Below are positions 39,050-57,019 of a stretch of 64,000 nt of DNA, in pieces (positions within the stretch are counted from its first letter, which is position 1; each line of letters starts with the position of its first letter). The position numbers and the translations under genes were made by a program. The notes below the pieces were generated by a model. That model saw only the letters and a list, made by a program, of their open reading frames with translations. It ran no database searches and was not told where the DNA came from. The stretch lies in assembly GCF_009914755.1 (NCBI RefSeq), contig NC_060927.1, one strand, 5' to 3'. This stretch comes from the human T2T-CHM13v2.0 reference genome, Homo sapiens.

Positions 39050-41479
39050 CTTACTAATGGCTATTCTCTGAAAGACTACTGAATTATGTCTTCTTATATC
39101 TCCAATGCAGTGTTATGTAGTTCCAGTTCACAGATGTCCTACAGCACACCCAAGCTTGGTAGAAACAGACTTAACAGAGATTCAATGGCCAGTTTCTCGA
39201 ACGATGCCATCAACCTCACATAGGTTAGAGCATTAATGTTAAATGCCAGACATGCTCAATTGTCCCCACTCTCCACTCCTAACTAGAAGAAAGCTATAGT
39301 AGTGATCAATGTGACAATTTTTAGGTTGTCTGCACAGTTTCTAATTATATGTTGAATTTGTTTGCTCTCACTTCTGAAAATGACTTTGACAGTCAAAGTT
39401 GGCATGCTCATTTTCTTCCTCACGATATCTCTCAAAAGTTCAGATTGCCTCTTTCTACAAATGAGAAAACTGAGCACCAGAGAGGCTAAATAACTAGCCC
39501 AAATTCACACAGCTATTAAATGTCAGAATTGGAATTCGAACTGAAACTGCCTGTGCAGATGCACACACACACAGAAAATGTCAAATATTAGATTTCTAAA
39601 CATCTGTTGTATGAAGTGGTGATAAAGGAAATATTAAGGATTAATCGACTTGATGTCCTAGGTGGCCCAAATTGTCATGAATCCTGGGTTCCAGAGGAAA
39701 ATGGATAAAAATAGGATGATTATGAAAACCATTTTTATTTTATGATGTCTCCAATAGTAAATGACCTGTTAACTGAGCCAGGAGGAACATATCCAGGTGT
39801 GAAAAATGGCATCTGTTTAGGGCCCTGAATATGCTGTGCTATGCACCTGTGTGCTTAGGGTGAAAAAGCACGGATCTCTACAAGACAACTTAGTCAATGG
39901 TGCGTGGAAATGGTAAGAAAAAGAGCCAAAGACTTCCCAGTTTTTCAAGAGAGGTCTCCACTTGGTGAAGGCCAGCTGGGCTGTGTGTATCTGTAGAGTG
40001 GGCAGCCCACTTGGACAGACAGAAAAGGCACTTGCCCTTAGGTATAGCTTCACATGGTAGGTATCCACATAGGCACTGCTAACCACTGGTATAGTGTTTC
40101 CATGTATAAAGTATTTTCATAAACAGGATCTGCAAAAAGACAATTAGATTGTTTATCTAACAGTGGCCTATATGGGGATATAGCATGCAAAAGAGTTGTA
40201 CCCTCAAAAGAATTTTTAATTTAAGCATAAGGATAAGCGGTATGTTTTGATACCAGGGATGAGAAGGTTAATAGAATAAGGCACATTTATCTTATAGCTG
40301 ATTCTTAAAATGATGCATAAAAATGCTGCCTCCCAGAAATGCAGGGACCAATGGGAATTCAAAATAATCAAGATAATTGTGAAATTTCCTATAACTTCTA
40401 AATTGCCCTGAGCCTCTCTGTCAGCATAACATGCTTTTGAAAATGCTTCAGTCTCCACTGTACCACTCAGCATTGGCATTCTTGCCATTATAATTCATAA
40501 AATGATAAAGTAAACAATTCAAGGAACAGTTTAGCCTAATGTATATGCCTATGAGAGTTAACAGAAACAATTTATCATGCCAACAAATATTTAAAGCAGT
40601 AACAGGACATGCTCACCAACAGACATACACAGGATTTGGAATTGGAGTTCATCTCTTCCATAGAATTGTGTGACCTTGGACAAGTCACTGAATCTATGAG
40701 CTCCAAGAGGTATACGTAAAAGTTGATGCTAGTAATTGAGTGCAGAGACTCTACAAAGCACTGTAGTAAACATGAAAAATGAAACCTAGTTTCTGCTTTC
40801 AATGTTAGCAAGGTTAAAAGACTAGATAATGCATAAGTATAAAGAGGGACCCCAAAAGTGCTACAGGAACTCAAAAACAGGTAAGTCTTTAATGCAGGAG
40901 GTTGAACTTGAGCATTCCAAAGAGAATAATTAGTTTGGAAAAGGCAGATTGGTGTAAAAATGAATATTTGTTTAAAGGCAACCTGAAATGGAAGGTCCAT
41001 GAAACAAAGCAATGGGATCTAAAACTGGCAAGACTGGTTGACTCTGATCAAAGGTTACAAGGTACCTTGAAAGCAGAAGTTTGGAGTTCATTTTTAAGCA
41101 GGGACATAATTCAATAAATCCGTGCTTTATGAATATTCTAAATACTTTACAAATATTAATTTGGGCATATAAATATAGGATGGTTTGAAAAAAGGAAGAC
41201 TAGAAGCAAAAAAGATAATTTAGGAAACCACTGCAGTAATCTACTTAAAAAGTAGACAGACCTACATGGGAATGGGAATGGAAAACTATGAGATGGTAAA
41301 AACTGACCTGCTGCGATAATTGACTGAAAAGCAAATAGGGAGGAAAGAAGTGGTTGAGACTTAGAACGTGAGTTATAAAAAGAAACCAGGTGCCAGTGAC
41401 AGAGATGTTCAGAGGAAGTGCCAGCTTCAGGAGAAACAAAGACACATGGCAGGGATTAAAGAGTAAGGAGGTAGTGAGA

Positions 41480-43370
41480 TACACACCTACTGCTAGAAAA
41501 AGCCTATATTCCCATGAATGGAACATTAAGAATCCTTCTGATGAGGACTCACAAGAAGAGGAGAGCTGTAGAGAGAGAATTAATCTTCTTAGAGATAGTT
41601 GGATGGCTGTGATTACAACGCTGGTAGTAAAACAGACAGTAAAGGCAATTCTGCTGAGGTCTTAAATGGAAATGGGGAATATCCTATTGGAAACTGGAAG
41701 ACAGACCATCCTTGTTACAAAATGCCAAAGAACTTGGCTGAACTATGCCCTGGTCCCTTGTGGAAGGCAAAATTTAAGAGTGATAAACTAGGATATTTGG
41801 TGGAAGAAATCCTTAAAGAAAGTGTTCAGGGCTCCATGGCTTCTCTTGATTGCTTAAAACAAAATATGAAGAGAGAGAAATAAAGATGAAATGTATAATC
41901 AAAGAGAAGCAGAATTGAAAGATTTAGAAAATTCTCAGCCTGGCCAGATTGTGAAGAATAAAAAAGTATTTTCAGAAAAAAAAAAAAAACCCTAAGGACA
42001 TAGACAACCAAACATTTGATAAGGAAATTAGTAGGGATAGAAAGAAGACAGGTGCTATTCATCAGGAGGATGGACTAATGACCCTGAAGGCATTTCTGAG
42101 ACCTTTGTGGCTGCCCCACCCACAAAGGCCCAGAAGGCCAGGGCCTTGATGGAAACGTGATTTCAAGAGAGGATTCCCTTGAGACCTCAGAGCTTGCTGC
42201 CCAGGGCTGCCTCAAGTCTTTGCTCCCCACATGCCAGTTCAGTGCTCCTCTGCCACTCAGGCAGGCCCAGGTTCAGCTCAGGTCACCACTCTGGAAGGCA
42301 CATGCTGTAAACCATAGCAGCATCCATACAGTGCTAACTCTGCAGGAGATATGGAAGCATAGCTCCTCCACCTAGATTTCAAAGGATATTTTGGAGAGCC
42401 TTGGGGTTCAGGCAGAGAATTGCCATGGAAGCAGGACCACCACAGACAGCCCCCACTATGGCAGTGGTGGTACTGTGAGGGCAGAGCTGCCCCCAACACC
42501 CCAGACTTGTAGAGCCACCAGCATGCAACACTAACCTGGGAGAGCCACAAGCACCCAACTTCAATTCCTGAGAGCTCCTGCCAGGGGGGGGCAGTGCTAC
42601 ATGGGGCCCTGGGGACCCAAACTCCACCCCAGTATGTCCAGAAGGTCAGACATGGAGTCAAAAAGATTATTCCCCACTTTCAAGATTTAATGTTGTTTGC
42701 TGTGTTTTCTGTTGGGCTTTTCCCTTTGTCACCTCTTTTTTCTTTCTGATTTCTCTGTTTTTCGGAATGGGAATGTCTATGCTATGCCTGTTCCACTATT
42801 TTATTGTGGAAACACATAACTTGTTTGATTTCACAAGCTCACAGTTGGAGGAGGAATTTGCCTCAAGATGAATCATGCCTTGAGTTTCACTCCTATATGA
42901 TTTAGATGAGACTTTAGACTTTTGAGTTGACGCTGAAATGACTTAAGTCTTTGGAACCTATTGAGGTAGAATGAATGTATTTTGCTTATGTGAAGGACAT
43001 AAATTTGGGGGGCCAGAGGTAGAATGCTATGGACTGAATATGTCCCCCTAAAATTCATGTTGAAAGAATGGCCAGTGTGATAGTGTTAGATGGGGCCTTT
43101 AGGAGGTGATGAAGTCATGAGGATAGGAGCCTTCATCAATGGGACTGGTACAAGGGAGCATCTGTCCCTTTCCCCTTTTTGCTCTTCTGCAATGTGAGGA
43201 TGCAGCAAGAGGCACCATCTTAGAAGCAGAGAGACCTCACCAGACAATAAACCTGCTGCTACCTTGATCTTGGACTTTCCAGCCTCCAGAACTGTGAAAA
43301 ATAAATTTCTATTATTTGTAAATTACCCAGTCTGTGGTATTTCATTACAGCAGCAGGAATGGACTAAGAC
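41480..43370 (+). mobile_element. MaLR internal region plus 3' LTR (MST/MLT1A group; LTR 43025-43370); 5' LTR not visible
   Basis: Internal motifs ggaaactggaag...catccttgttac, aagaacttggctgaact; PPT gggggccagaggtagaa then tgctatggactgaat...ggactaagaca. Confidence 0.85.
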
Positions 43371-43390
43371 ACACACACACACACACAACA

Positions 43391-43444
<54 letters not shown>
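43369..43444. repeat. (CA)n(GA)n compound microsatellite
   Basis: Direct reading; starts at the terminal CA of the LTR. Confidence 0.95.
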
Positions 43445-44263
43445 CTGTTTCTTTCTACTCAGTATGGTATTTAAAAGGAATTAATATTAAATATTTCAGA
43501 AACCACTCCATATCACTGAAGATATTCTACATTTTTCTAACCATAGTCCATGGAGATCAAGCTTTATTGTCAGGCCATGTCTTTCCCAGATGACTTTATA
43601 AAATCTGCTCACAAGGAGAGAAGGTTGCAGCAACTAGCCATTTGCTCTGCTTAATCTAAAGCAAAGCTCCTCTCAACTACCAAAAGACAGGGTCGCTGAT
43701 TTCGATGATCTCATAGTAACCATTTGACATGACAGCTTGCAGCATATAGGCTAATGGGCTCAGTAAAGAAAGAACATGTGATGAACCTTTCTTATAGTAC
43801 TGGCTGATTAAAAAGATGCCAGAGGACTTGAGGGAGAAAAAGTTCCCTCCTCTCAGCAAAGCTGTTTGTGTACACCATTCATTCAGATAGGTTCTAGGAG
43901 TATCCAGGCCATCACTGAGGAGCACTTATAACAAAAGTCATTCTTCAAGACAGACATAGATAGTGGCCTCAGATTTCCAGCTCACTTACTTGTGCAATCA
44001 CTAAAAAAATCCATAAGGAACATGGATTTGAATTCTGTTAAAACCAGAGGCCACTGTCAGGTCACATTCAGGTGATGGCTGTGTGACCTTAACAATGACC
44101 ACTAAGGTCAGGCCTGATCTATTCCGTCCAAAGGACTATAGTCTTCATTAGAAAATACACTGAGTCACTAAGCTGGCTTATTTTTCTTTTCCCTCCCCTC
44201 CCATTTCTTCCCCTCCCTAATTCCATGTTCAGAAGACCACGAGGATGGCATGGGAGTATCTAC

Positions 44264-44653
44264 CTTAGCTCTTGTCATCTGCTCAACACGGGTCAGGAGG
44301 TCATCTACTTCTAGCTGCAAGTCACTCTTGTCTTTTTCCAGTTTCTGCTTGACCTGCTGTAGATTTTCTACCTGGCCCTCGAGCTCAGCCAGGCTGTCTG
44401 CATGTCTCTTCTTCAAAGATGCAGAAGTTGTCTCAAAGTGCAGAGTGGCCTCTTCCATGTCTCGGTGCAGCTTCTGGAATTTGGTTTCCTGTTTCTTAGT
44501 TATTTCCAGCTGAGCCAAACTGGATCCTCCTACCTCCTCCAGCCTCTCATTCAAGTCAGCCAGGTCTTGGGTGAGGTCAGCTCTCTCCCTTTCCATCTTG
44601 GCTCGAGTGGTCCTTTCAGCTTCTAGTTTCTCTTTCAAATCCTTTATTTGAGT
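44264..44653 (-). CDS. MYH15: MYH15 exon, 390 nt (S2/LMM hinge, skip 1 region)
   Basis: ctacag|ACTCAA ... GCTAAG|gtagat; [14 protein letters not shown]...EQMTRAK. Confidence 0.96.
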
Positions 44654-46603
44654 CTGTAGCAAGAAATAATTTTGACTTTTACTAAGCACTTGTAGCAAGA
44701 GCTTTACTCTATTTTTTTTTAATCACAAAGCTAACATGAAACTTTTGGTTCCCAATTTACAACTAAAGAAAACAGAATACACAGAAGTTAAGTGATTTGC
44801 CCCAATTCAGTACCAAGACCAGAATTAGAATTTGCAGTTCTGCCAAATTGCTCAGCCCCTGATGATGGGCAAGCTCATTAAATTATATAGATGGAGGGGA
44901 AAGCTTAGTAAAGAGCACTTCCCAAAGAAACAGGAAAATATCTTTCATACGACCAAAAAAACTGTTTAAGAGCATTTATAAAAATTGGAATGGTAAATTT
45001 TATATACAAAAATCTTCCTCATTTGAAATTCGTTTATCTGATCTCAACTATCTAGGACTTGGGCAAAAATCTGATCAATAAAATGAACATCTTCAAGTTC
45101 AAGCAATTTAATTGTAAGAAATAGCATCAATTTAATTTTACACACAATTCTAAAAAACTTGGTTACTTGGTTTTCTAGTCTGCAGGAGATTTCAAGGAAG
45201 AGATTTGAAATAACAAACGAGAGCTGGTGAAGGAATGTGGACTACTAAAGCGAGTAGAGATACAGTATCATCAGAGGCAGGATTATTGGAAAAAAAAGGT
45301 GATAACAACTCTCAGAGCCCCAAGCCCTTTTAGTATAGGCCAAACAGGTCTACAAATCCTGAGAACATTACTGTATTACAGTACAATGAAGCCACTGATG
45401 TTATTATCATCACCTTAAGTAATTAGGCATAGATTAGGATAGGGGAGAAAACAAGATAGAAACTGTTTTAGAATATGTTTTCCTTTCCATTAAATAAGAC
45501 TACTGTGGCTTAGAAAAAACTAATTTCTAGATTATATCAAATAAGTAGTCTATCAGTTCTATAGATGAGGTATGACAGAAAAGGTGCTTAAAGAAAGTAT
45601 GATTTCCACATTCAAGTAACCATGATCCTCTTCCAACTGGTTATCATGGGATCCAAGAAAATATTTATCCCAAATAATACCACCATTGAACCAAACATTT
45701 CTGAAATGTTTTGTCAGAAATAATCTTTAGAGAACTTTTTGAGTCATCAAGGTAAGGAAATTTGTCTTTTGGATATATAGAAAAGTTTGTGTTTTTTTAC
45801 TTTATTTTGGATAAAGTCAAGAGTCATTTGAAGACAAGCCCAATGAATATGATAACCACTTGGAGATTAATAGTGTGTCTGAAACTAAAATGTTTACAAA
45901 ACATTGAGACTGGTTTTCTTATTTGGCTCAAAATATCTCAGAAGATAAATATCAGAAAGATGTTCCAAAATTATTTTGAGTCATGGTTATATTACTAAGA
46001 TATTTATTTAGCTCCAAAGGGAAATTATCCATCTAAATGTGTATGTGTGCATTTGTGTGTAAAATTACTTTACAACATGGTCATATGCTATAAAACTCAC
46101 ATGGTCTAAAACTTATAAATAGCTATCCATTATCAAATAATGTTTTGAGGCCACAAGTACCTATAGAACTTACTGATTTTCAATCGCCTTCTAATCACAA
46201 AGAATAATCATCATAAAAATTAAATTGCTAACACTGAATGCATACCATGGGTCAGGCACTGTGCTTACTACTTAAATATATTGTTGCATTTAGTAATATG
46301 AGCTCAATCGTTGCCAGAAGGATTCATGAGTGAAAAAACAAGTTTTGGATTTTAGCACAATGCCTGGTTCACAGCAAACAGTCAACCAATTAGCTATTCA
46401 TTTTTATTATTCTCATAAGGAAATTTAAGCTTAACTCTATCTGTGGAATGCCACAGTTTCCCTTCTTAACCACTGTTCTTTTCTGCCTCTGCCTGTGGTT
46501 GGCTAAGGGTATGAATACCTTGGCAGAGAATTAGTCATTGAACCACCAGTCATCACCCATGGATCTAAATATAAATACACAGGCATATTTGATAATTGAT
46601 TAC

Positions 46604-46694
46604 CTGAAGCTCTTTAACCGTCTTCTGAAGCTGAGCTACCAGGCCTTTCTCATTCTCCACTTTTGAATTCATCTGACTCAATTCTAATTCTTTT
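46604..46694 (-). CDS. MYH15: MYH15 exon, 91 nt (not in ORF track)
   Basis: aaacag|AAAAGAA ... CTTCAG|gtaatc; KELELSQMNSKVENEKGLVAQLQKTVKELQ. Confidence 0.95.
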
Positions 46695-46724
46695 CTGTTT
46701 AGAAAAAGATATCAAATACAATTG

Positions 46725-46910
46725 TTCAGAATAATAACATTTTGTTTAAAGTAGTTAGAATTGTAATATTCCTAACACAAAGAAAAGATAAATGTTTGAG
46801 GTGATAGATATCCCAATTACCCTGATTTACTCATTGTACATTGTATACAGGCATCAAAATAGCACATGCACTCCAAAAATATGTACAATTATTATATATC
46901 AATAAAAAAA
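46725..46910 (+). mobile_element. L1MA-type 3' end
   Basis: cacaaagaaaagataaatgtttgaggtgatagatatcccaattaccctgattt...tcaataaaaaaa. Confidence 0.85.
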
Positions 46911-47051
46911 CACAACCAGGCTTTAACCAAAAGTAAAAAATACCATTTTGTTTAATTATGTTTTAAATTATAGATATAACACAATAATTCATTCTCATTT
47001 TAAAACTTCAATGATTATACCTACATCTGAAGTTTTCTTGGCTATGATACC

Positions 47052-49642
<2,591 letters not shown>

Positions 49643-49909
49643 ATACCCAATCCCTGCTTTCCCACTAGAGGAAACTACCATTATCCATTTAGTGTAAATC
49701 CTTCCAGAAATTTAAGTACTGACATATGTTTGTGCTTACATGTGTACATGTAGCTGTAGAGTTTCATTTTCCTTACTGTGATAGAATATCACATACATTT
49801 GCATGTATAGATTAACAACTTGATTGATATTAATATATTATTACATTAAGATATTGATAATAGCATTTATATTAAATATGTATTTAATATTAAATATTGT
49901 TGTATTTAA

Positions 49910-50257
<348 letters not shown>

Positions 50258-51054
50258 TAAGCTTAAAAATCTTAAGCTATTATATTTTAAGCTAATTATT
50301 ATATTAATAACATATTAATTCAATAATATATTTTTCTACACAAGCCTACACAGAGTACTCCATTTAAAAATTAACTATGACATAATATTTCACGATTTAG
50401 ACATTCCTTAGTTTGAATTTCACAATTAATAAGCACTTAGGTTTTCCTTAATATTTTGCTTTTACAAATCAAACTATTCATAATCATGCCCCTTGTATAC
50501 AGGAGAGTGTTCCTCTAGAGTGGACACTGAGCAGGAAATTACTGGGTAATGTATAGGTGAGTGCTAAAAAAATAAGATAGCCCTGTCCCTTGCTCTCCAT
50601 TAGCAGTGTGAGATCATTGCTTCTCTACATTTATTCTTAATATCATACTTCTGAAATTTTCTTAGAAAATAGATTACTATTTCATTGTTTTATTTTGAAT
50701 GCCCTCGTTTACTAGTAATGACTGCATCTTGTCAACTATTAGTATTTTTAAATGGCCAGTAAACCAAATGGACCGCCTGTGTATGTTCTTTGCCCATTTT
50801 TCTGTTAGGTTTGTTCATCTAATTATTGAGTTATAGATTTTCCTTGGATTCTTGACATTTTTTATATTTGTTACAAATTTTTATCTCACTTTATAACTTG
50901 TCTCCATTTTATTTGTGTTGGCGTTTGCCACATGTTTAAAATTTTGATGTCAAATATATAATGCCTTCCTTTTGTCTTTGGCTTTTTGTGACTTGTTCAA
51001 GAAGACTTATCCTGTCAATTTCCTAAGAATTATTGACTGTATTTTATTCTAATT

Positions 51055-51690
51055 TTTTAAAAATTGTGGTAAGAACACTTAACATGAGCTCTACTCTCTT
51101 AAATTTTTAAGTACAAAATGTAGTATTGTTAACTACAGGCAAAATGTTGTAAAGCAGATCTCTAGAACTTAATCATCTTACATAATCAACTTTATACTCA
51201 TTGAACAGAAACTCTCCATTATTTCTCCCTCCTCCCAGCCCTTGGCAACCACTTTTCTATGAATTTGTTTCTATGAATTCGATTATTTTAGATACCTCTA
51301 TCAGTGGAATCATGCAGTCTTTTTCCTTTTTGTGACTGGCTTATTTCCCTTAGTATAATGTCCTCCAAATTCATCCATGTTTTTCCACATGGCAGGGGTT
51401 TCTTTTCAAGGCTCAATAATAGTCCACTGTGTATGTATATTTTATATACATATATATATATATATGTATGTATACAGATGTATGTATGAATGTATGTATG
51501 TGTGTGTTTGGGATTTTTTTTCATTTTTAAGTTTATTTTTTATTTCAATAGGTTTTTGTGTATATGTATATATACATATATGTATATGTATACACACACA
51601 CACACACACACACACATCACATTTTCTTTATCCATTCATGTATCAGTGAATATTTAGGTTGCTTCTATATATTGGCTATTGTGAATAATG
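51055..51690 (-). mobile_element. L1MA/MB-type 3' end containing TA/TG/CA microsatellites (about 51430-51616), embedded in older L1 fragments
   Basis: tgtggtaagaacacttaacatgag...gcagatctctagaact...gactggcttatttcccttagtataatgtcctcc...ttctttatccattca...ggctattgtgaataatg. Confidence 0.85.
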
Positions 51691-52281
51691 TGGCATCTTC
51701 TAATGGTTTTATGGCTTTGTTTTGACATTGAGTTCATTAGTGCAACTGAAGTTTGTGTTTATAAATTGTATGAGGTAGCAATTTCTCTCACCTCAGGAAA
51801 TTAATAGCTAATAATTCCAATACCATTTAAGTCTCTTGTCATCGCTAATTTGAAATGCCACCTTTATCGCTTATTGTTTCAGATATACATAGGTCTATTT
51901 AGGGGAAAAGTTTTATAATAAAGTTACAACTTTTTGAAAATATGGATTTCTAAAATGCTAAAACTCTTGACCTGTGGCCTACACGACATACAGTATCATT
52001 TACACTTTGCTGGTTATCATTTGCACTGAAACACAACTTCAAAATTGAATGCTAAGGGAACTCTATCATCATTTTGCTTTAATTATTCCATTCCATTCAT
52101 AAGGTCGCTTGTTTCATCGTTTCTAAACACCTATTAAGCCCAGTAACTTGTTAGCAGAATATGAGTCAAGCCTCACCAAGAGCATGTATAATAGCATATG
52201 TATATACCAACAAGAAAGCCAGATGCTCACAGCTGGTCACTGGACTCTCTTCCCTCTTTCACTGTGGGCCTCAACCATTGA

Positions 52282-52628
<347 letters not shown>

Positions 52629-53307
52629 TAAAAGAAAAAAAAAAGTCTAGTTAAACAGAGGAAGATGACAAAAGGGAGAAGGTGAGAAAATCCATGTCAC
52701 TGACTAGTAGAACTAAACTGAGAAAGCCAAGTTGCCCTGAGTTCTTTGGGGTGTAAGGAATCCAGATGAATTGAAAGTTTCCCTAATTTTGATCATTTTC
52801 ATGGCTTGTTTTAGATTTTAAGGTTTAATATTTATATAGTAAATTATTTCACCAAATTCCTATATAAATATTAAGTTATGTCTGGCAAACATATATTATT
52901 TAAGTAATCTGAATATGTAAGTCTTCACATCAGGATCAATTTTTTTTTTTTTTTTTACATTTTATGCCATTGGTCTCGTCATGAGTAAAAAGGAGAGTGT
53001 CATTTTTATTTTTTTGACGTATAGCTGCAAGTTCCCAAAAGTTTACATCTCATATACCTTACACCATTCTTTCTCATTTGCTAGTCAGGTATTTTCTGTT
53101 ACGTCCTTCTAGATTATGCATCTGGTCTCTTTACAACTATAAAATAAAGTCCAGTAAAGAAAAAAAAAATTGTTTCCTAGGCTTGTTATCCTTGCCTTGG
53201 GTCTTGAGCTATCTGGCCCTGGAGTCCTAAGGATAAATGAAATGAGAAAGCTGTTCCTTCTAATATAAGGTCTCCAGCAATCTCATGTCAACAGAAAGGT
53301 GGCTTAC

Positions 53308-53453
53308 TTCCTCAGCTCTTCTGCCAGGTGTCGCTGGCTGCTTTCCAGGTTCTCCATACTTTCCCGATTCAGCTTTAAATTGCCCTCCAGTTTGTGCAGT
53401 TCCCTTTCACAGTTCATTCTCGCTTTTCTCTCCTGCTCAAGGGCACCCTCAAG
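53308..53453 (-). CDS. MYH15: MYH15 exon, 146 nt (not in ORF track)
   Basis: tgtcag|CTTGAG ... AGGAA|gtaagc; LEGALEQERKARMNCERELHKLEGNLKLNRESMENLESSQRHLAEELRK. Confidence 0.95.
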
Positions 53454-54268
53454 CTGACAAAAGGAAACATTATTTAGCTAAATAAATAGGTAGAGTTTAT
53501 ACTTCACTAGATGTGTTCATTAACCACTTACCTTCTGGAAAAAGAAAGAAAGACACAAGCACAAATTCTATAAATGATGCCCAGTAACATAGATATTTCC
53601 AAATAAATATTGCATATGTCAATAGGTTAACAAAAGAATCCAGAAATCACAGGGATGGAAGAAAACTAGAAATAACAGAATATGAGTTCTGTCTTAGGGA
53701 AGGAACCAACAAGAAATGGCCAGTGAGCCCTTGATTGATCGTTTTCCAATGATAGGAAGCTCACTTCTTCACATGGCAGCTCATTTCACGGGTGGATAAG
53801 TCCATTTACTTGGGAGTGCTTCTTCATAAGAAGCCAAAATATTCCCTGTAAATTCTATCCACAAGTACAAGCTCTGCTCCCTGGAGCAACACCAAGCAAA
53901 TCAGTTTCCGCATGATCATCCTTAATAATTTGCAAGAACCCCCTGGCATCACTGGCCCATTCAAACACATTCTCACATGTCATGATTTCCAAGCCCCGTC
54001 ACCACCTTGGTACCCTCTTCCAGTTCATAACATTATGTCATATTCTGGTTCCTCACTAAATGTTCCCCATCAGAACATTCCAGTTTTGTATGGATTAGTA
54101 TTGCCAGGAATTATATAGAGGTTAATTTTCCAGGAAGCTAGATAACAGTCACAATATGGCTTTTTATTTATTGATATGTTTACTTTAAAACAATGGAAGA
54201 TATCCTCTGTAACCAGCCAAAGAGATGAAATTCAAATTGGGAAGGAGGGAGAAATTCTGGAAAGGATT

Positions 54269-54601
54269 CCAAATTCATACTCTGAAATCCTAATTCCCAG
54301 TATGATGGTGTTGGGAGGTGGGCCCTTTAGGAAGTGATGAGGTCATGAAGGTAGAGCCCCCATGAATGGAATTAGTCCTTATAAAAGAGATCCTGGAGAG
54401 CTCCCTTGTTCCTTGTGTGATGTGAGGACACAGGGAGAAGTCACCCTCCATAAACCAGGAAATGAGTTCTCACTAGACACCAACTCTGCTGGTACTTTGA
54501 TCATGGACTTCCCAGCCTCCAGAACTGTAGGAAATAAACTGCTATTTATTTGCCACCCAGTTTATGGTATTTTATTATAGCAGCCTGAATGGACTAAGAC
54601 A
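54269..54601 (+). mobile_element. MaLR solo LTR (MLT1A-like), followed by TG-rich repeat at 54616-54655
   Basis: ggaggtgggccctttaggaagtgatgaggtcatga...ggacttcccagcctccagaactg...ggactaagaca. Confidence 0.85.
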
Positions 54602-55494
54602 CCAGGAGAGAATAAGTGTGTGGGTGGGTGTGTGGGTGTGGGTAGGTGTGTGTGATGTGCATATATAAGCACACATATAAACACCCAAAAATCCTTATGC
54701 TGAGGCTTTGTGAGATATGTTATTATTGGAAATAGGAACAAATGTAACACAACGAATAGATAATAGAAGAAATTTATATAGAGGCAGGAAGAAAGAGCAG
54801 CAGATAAGAAGAAAAAAAAAAAACCTAACCACTCTTGTCAACAATTTTATAAAGGCTACACTTTGGGGACTACTGTGAGCATAAATGCATACACTATGTC
54901 AGCTGGGGTGGGAAAAAGGAAGAATTATGAACCCACACATTGAAACTGGTGTGAAACAGCTTTATTTCACAGGGCATTTAGAGGCAAAATAGGGGCATCA
55001 TCTCTAGAATCTTAAAAGTATTTTCCAATAGTGTAGGTAGAACACAACTTGTGGCTCACATATCTTTCAACCATAAATAAATCTCAGCACACCACTGGAA
55101 ACACACATGGCCTTTAAAACTAATCCTTCAACACTAGTGGTAAATAGAGTACCAGCATATCTGTGGGGCAAAATACCAGGTTCTGTGGGAGATATGGGGA
55201 AAAGCCAGTCACCTAGAGTGATAACCCTTTACCATTCATCTTAATGTTCTTTTTCCATTGCCCAGGGTTGAATGAAAATTGCATTTAAAAACCGACAGAT
55301 TATATGCAGAGACCTCTCTTATACTATCGTGGTTTTGTGTATAAGAAAAAGAACCCTTTTATTCTCAATAATCAGGAAAACAAACTATGCTACTAGGTTT
55401 TTCTGAAACTGTCAAGATAAATTAATGAAGTAAAAACTGGAGTTATGTGTATATGTAGACAGATAGATAACTAACCAGATACACTGTTACTGAC

Positions 55495-55671
55495 CTCATC
55501 AACTTGCTGTTCCAGCTTCAGATTTGCTTTGCTCAGGCTGCTGAGCTTCTCCTCCTCCATGTGCAGGTCATCCAGGGTCTGCTGATGGGCCTCCTGCACA
55601 ACCTTGGCTGCTCTGTTAAGTTTGCTGATATCCTCATTTAGAAACTCTACTTCCTCAGTCAAGTTCTTGAC
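55495..55671 (-). CDS. MYH15: MYH15 exon, 177 nt (S2)
   Basis: cacag|GTCAAG ... GATGAG|gtcagt; [18 protein letters not shown]...LEQQVDE. Confidence 0.96.
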
Positions 55672-56776
55672 CTGTGGGAAGAAGATGACAGCTTCATTAA
55701 AGCCACTGCTGGAAAGTTGGGCATAACACTGAGGGTCATTTCTCTTCTGTCGTCCAAAACTACGCATGAGGTATCCAATGTCACAAAAAGCTGTATTTAG
55801 CCAAATTCCTGATACGCTTTCTAAAGCTACATTTAGTTTTTCTCCCACAAAAATGATCTGTTATCTGTCATGGTGAGGAAATGGAGTATTCTGTTTAAAC
55901 ATTAATATGGGTAAATAATTAACATTATTTATAATTATTTAACATTATTAATATGAACTAAATTGGATGGCCAATTTAATTCACATTATTATATAACAGT
56001 AACAACACTAAAAGCAATTGCAATTTCTTTTGAGGAGTCATGGCATGTACTGATTGTGTTGTGCCTCAGTATCCCAAGAAAGTGGCAGTTAAAGAAAGGT
56101 TCCAGCTGATAAAACATGCAAACATGGAAGTTGACTGTATCAGGCCCATGTGCTTTTTATGAAAGGAAATCAATAAAAATAAGAGTGCTACTTAATAGCC
56201 TGCCAAAATTACGGTGTCACTTTGGAGATTGTGTATCAGAGGCTTGATGCGGACTCCTCACTGTCCTCAATCCACACACAGATGCGCAAGTTAAAACCCT
56301 CAAACAAACTCTCAGCCAAAACAAAACATGAAAGCCCTTAACTAGAATTAAAGTGACATCTTCAAGGTCAAACTCCAAATCAATGACACAGCTGGGGACT
56401 CAGGCACATCCCAAATTATCTTTTAGCAAACCATATCATGCTCCCTCTCCTTCCAAAAAAAAAAAAAAAGGGTTCTTACAGGCCCGATGAAACCATTTTA
56501 CTCTATTACAGAGTTCAGATGCAATAGGATTGAAACAAATGAAAATGTTTCATTTGGGAGATTAAATAAGGTTCCATAAGTTCAAATTGGAAATCTGAAT
56601 TGGGACAGCATAGTTTATCAGACTCTATATTTTGTGCCAGTTCTGACTCTCAATGCTGTAAAGTTGCAGGCCACTGTGTTAATTAACTTGAATAGAGCAA
56701 GTCAGATACCAAAACCTGATTTGAGAGTGGAATTCTGGCTGCTAGGCCTTCTTAACTAACATTATGGAAAAAGTAC

Positions 56777-57019
56777 CTTGTGCTCTGTAGTACGCTTCTC
56801 CTTCTCTGACTTCACCAACATTGTTTCCAGGTCATCGATTTCTTTCTTCAACTCAAAACATTCATCTTCGAGTTTCCGCCCCCTGGCAGTCAGCTCAGAA
56901 TTTATCTCCTCTTCTTCCTCCACCCTCTCCGACAGCTCCTTTACTCTGGCCTCCAGCTGGATCTTGGATTTAATCAGCCACTCGCACTGCTCTTCAACAT
57001 TTGCCAGTGTCTCTTGCTC
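56777..57019 (-). CDS. MYH15: MYH15 exon, 243 nt (S2)
   Basis: ggcag|GAGCAA ... CACAAG|gtactt; [24 protein letters not shown]...TTEHK. Confidence 0.96.

Noticed and set aside
46113-46122. MEF2 consensus TTATAAATAG and scattered E-boxes
   Set aside because: Expected by chance in AT-rich introns; no clustering visible.
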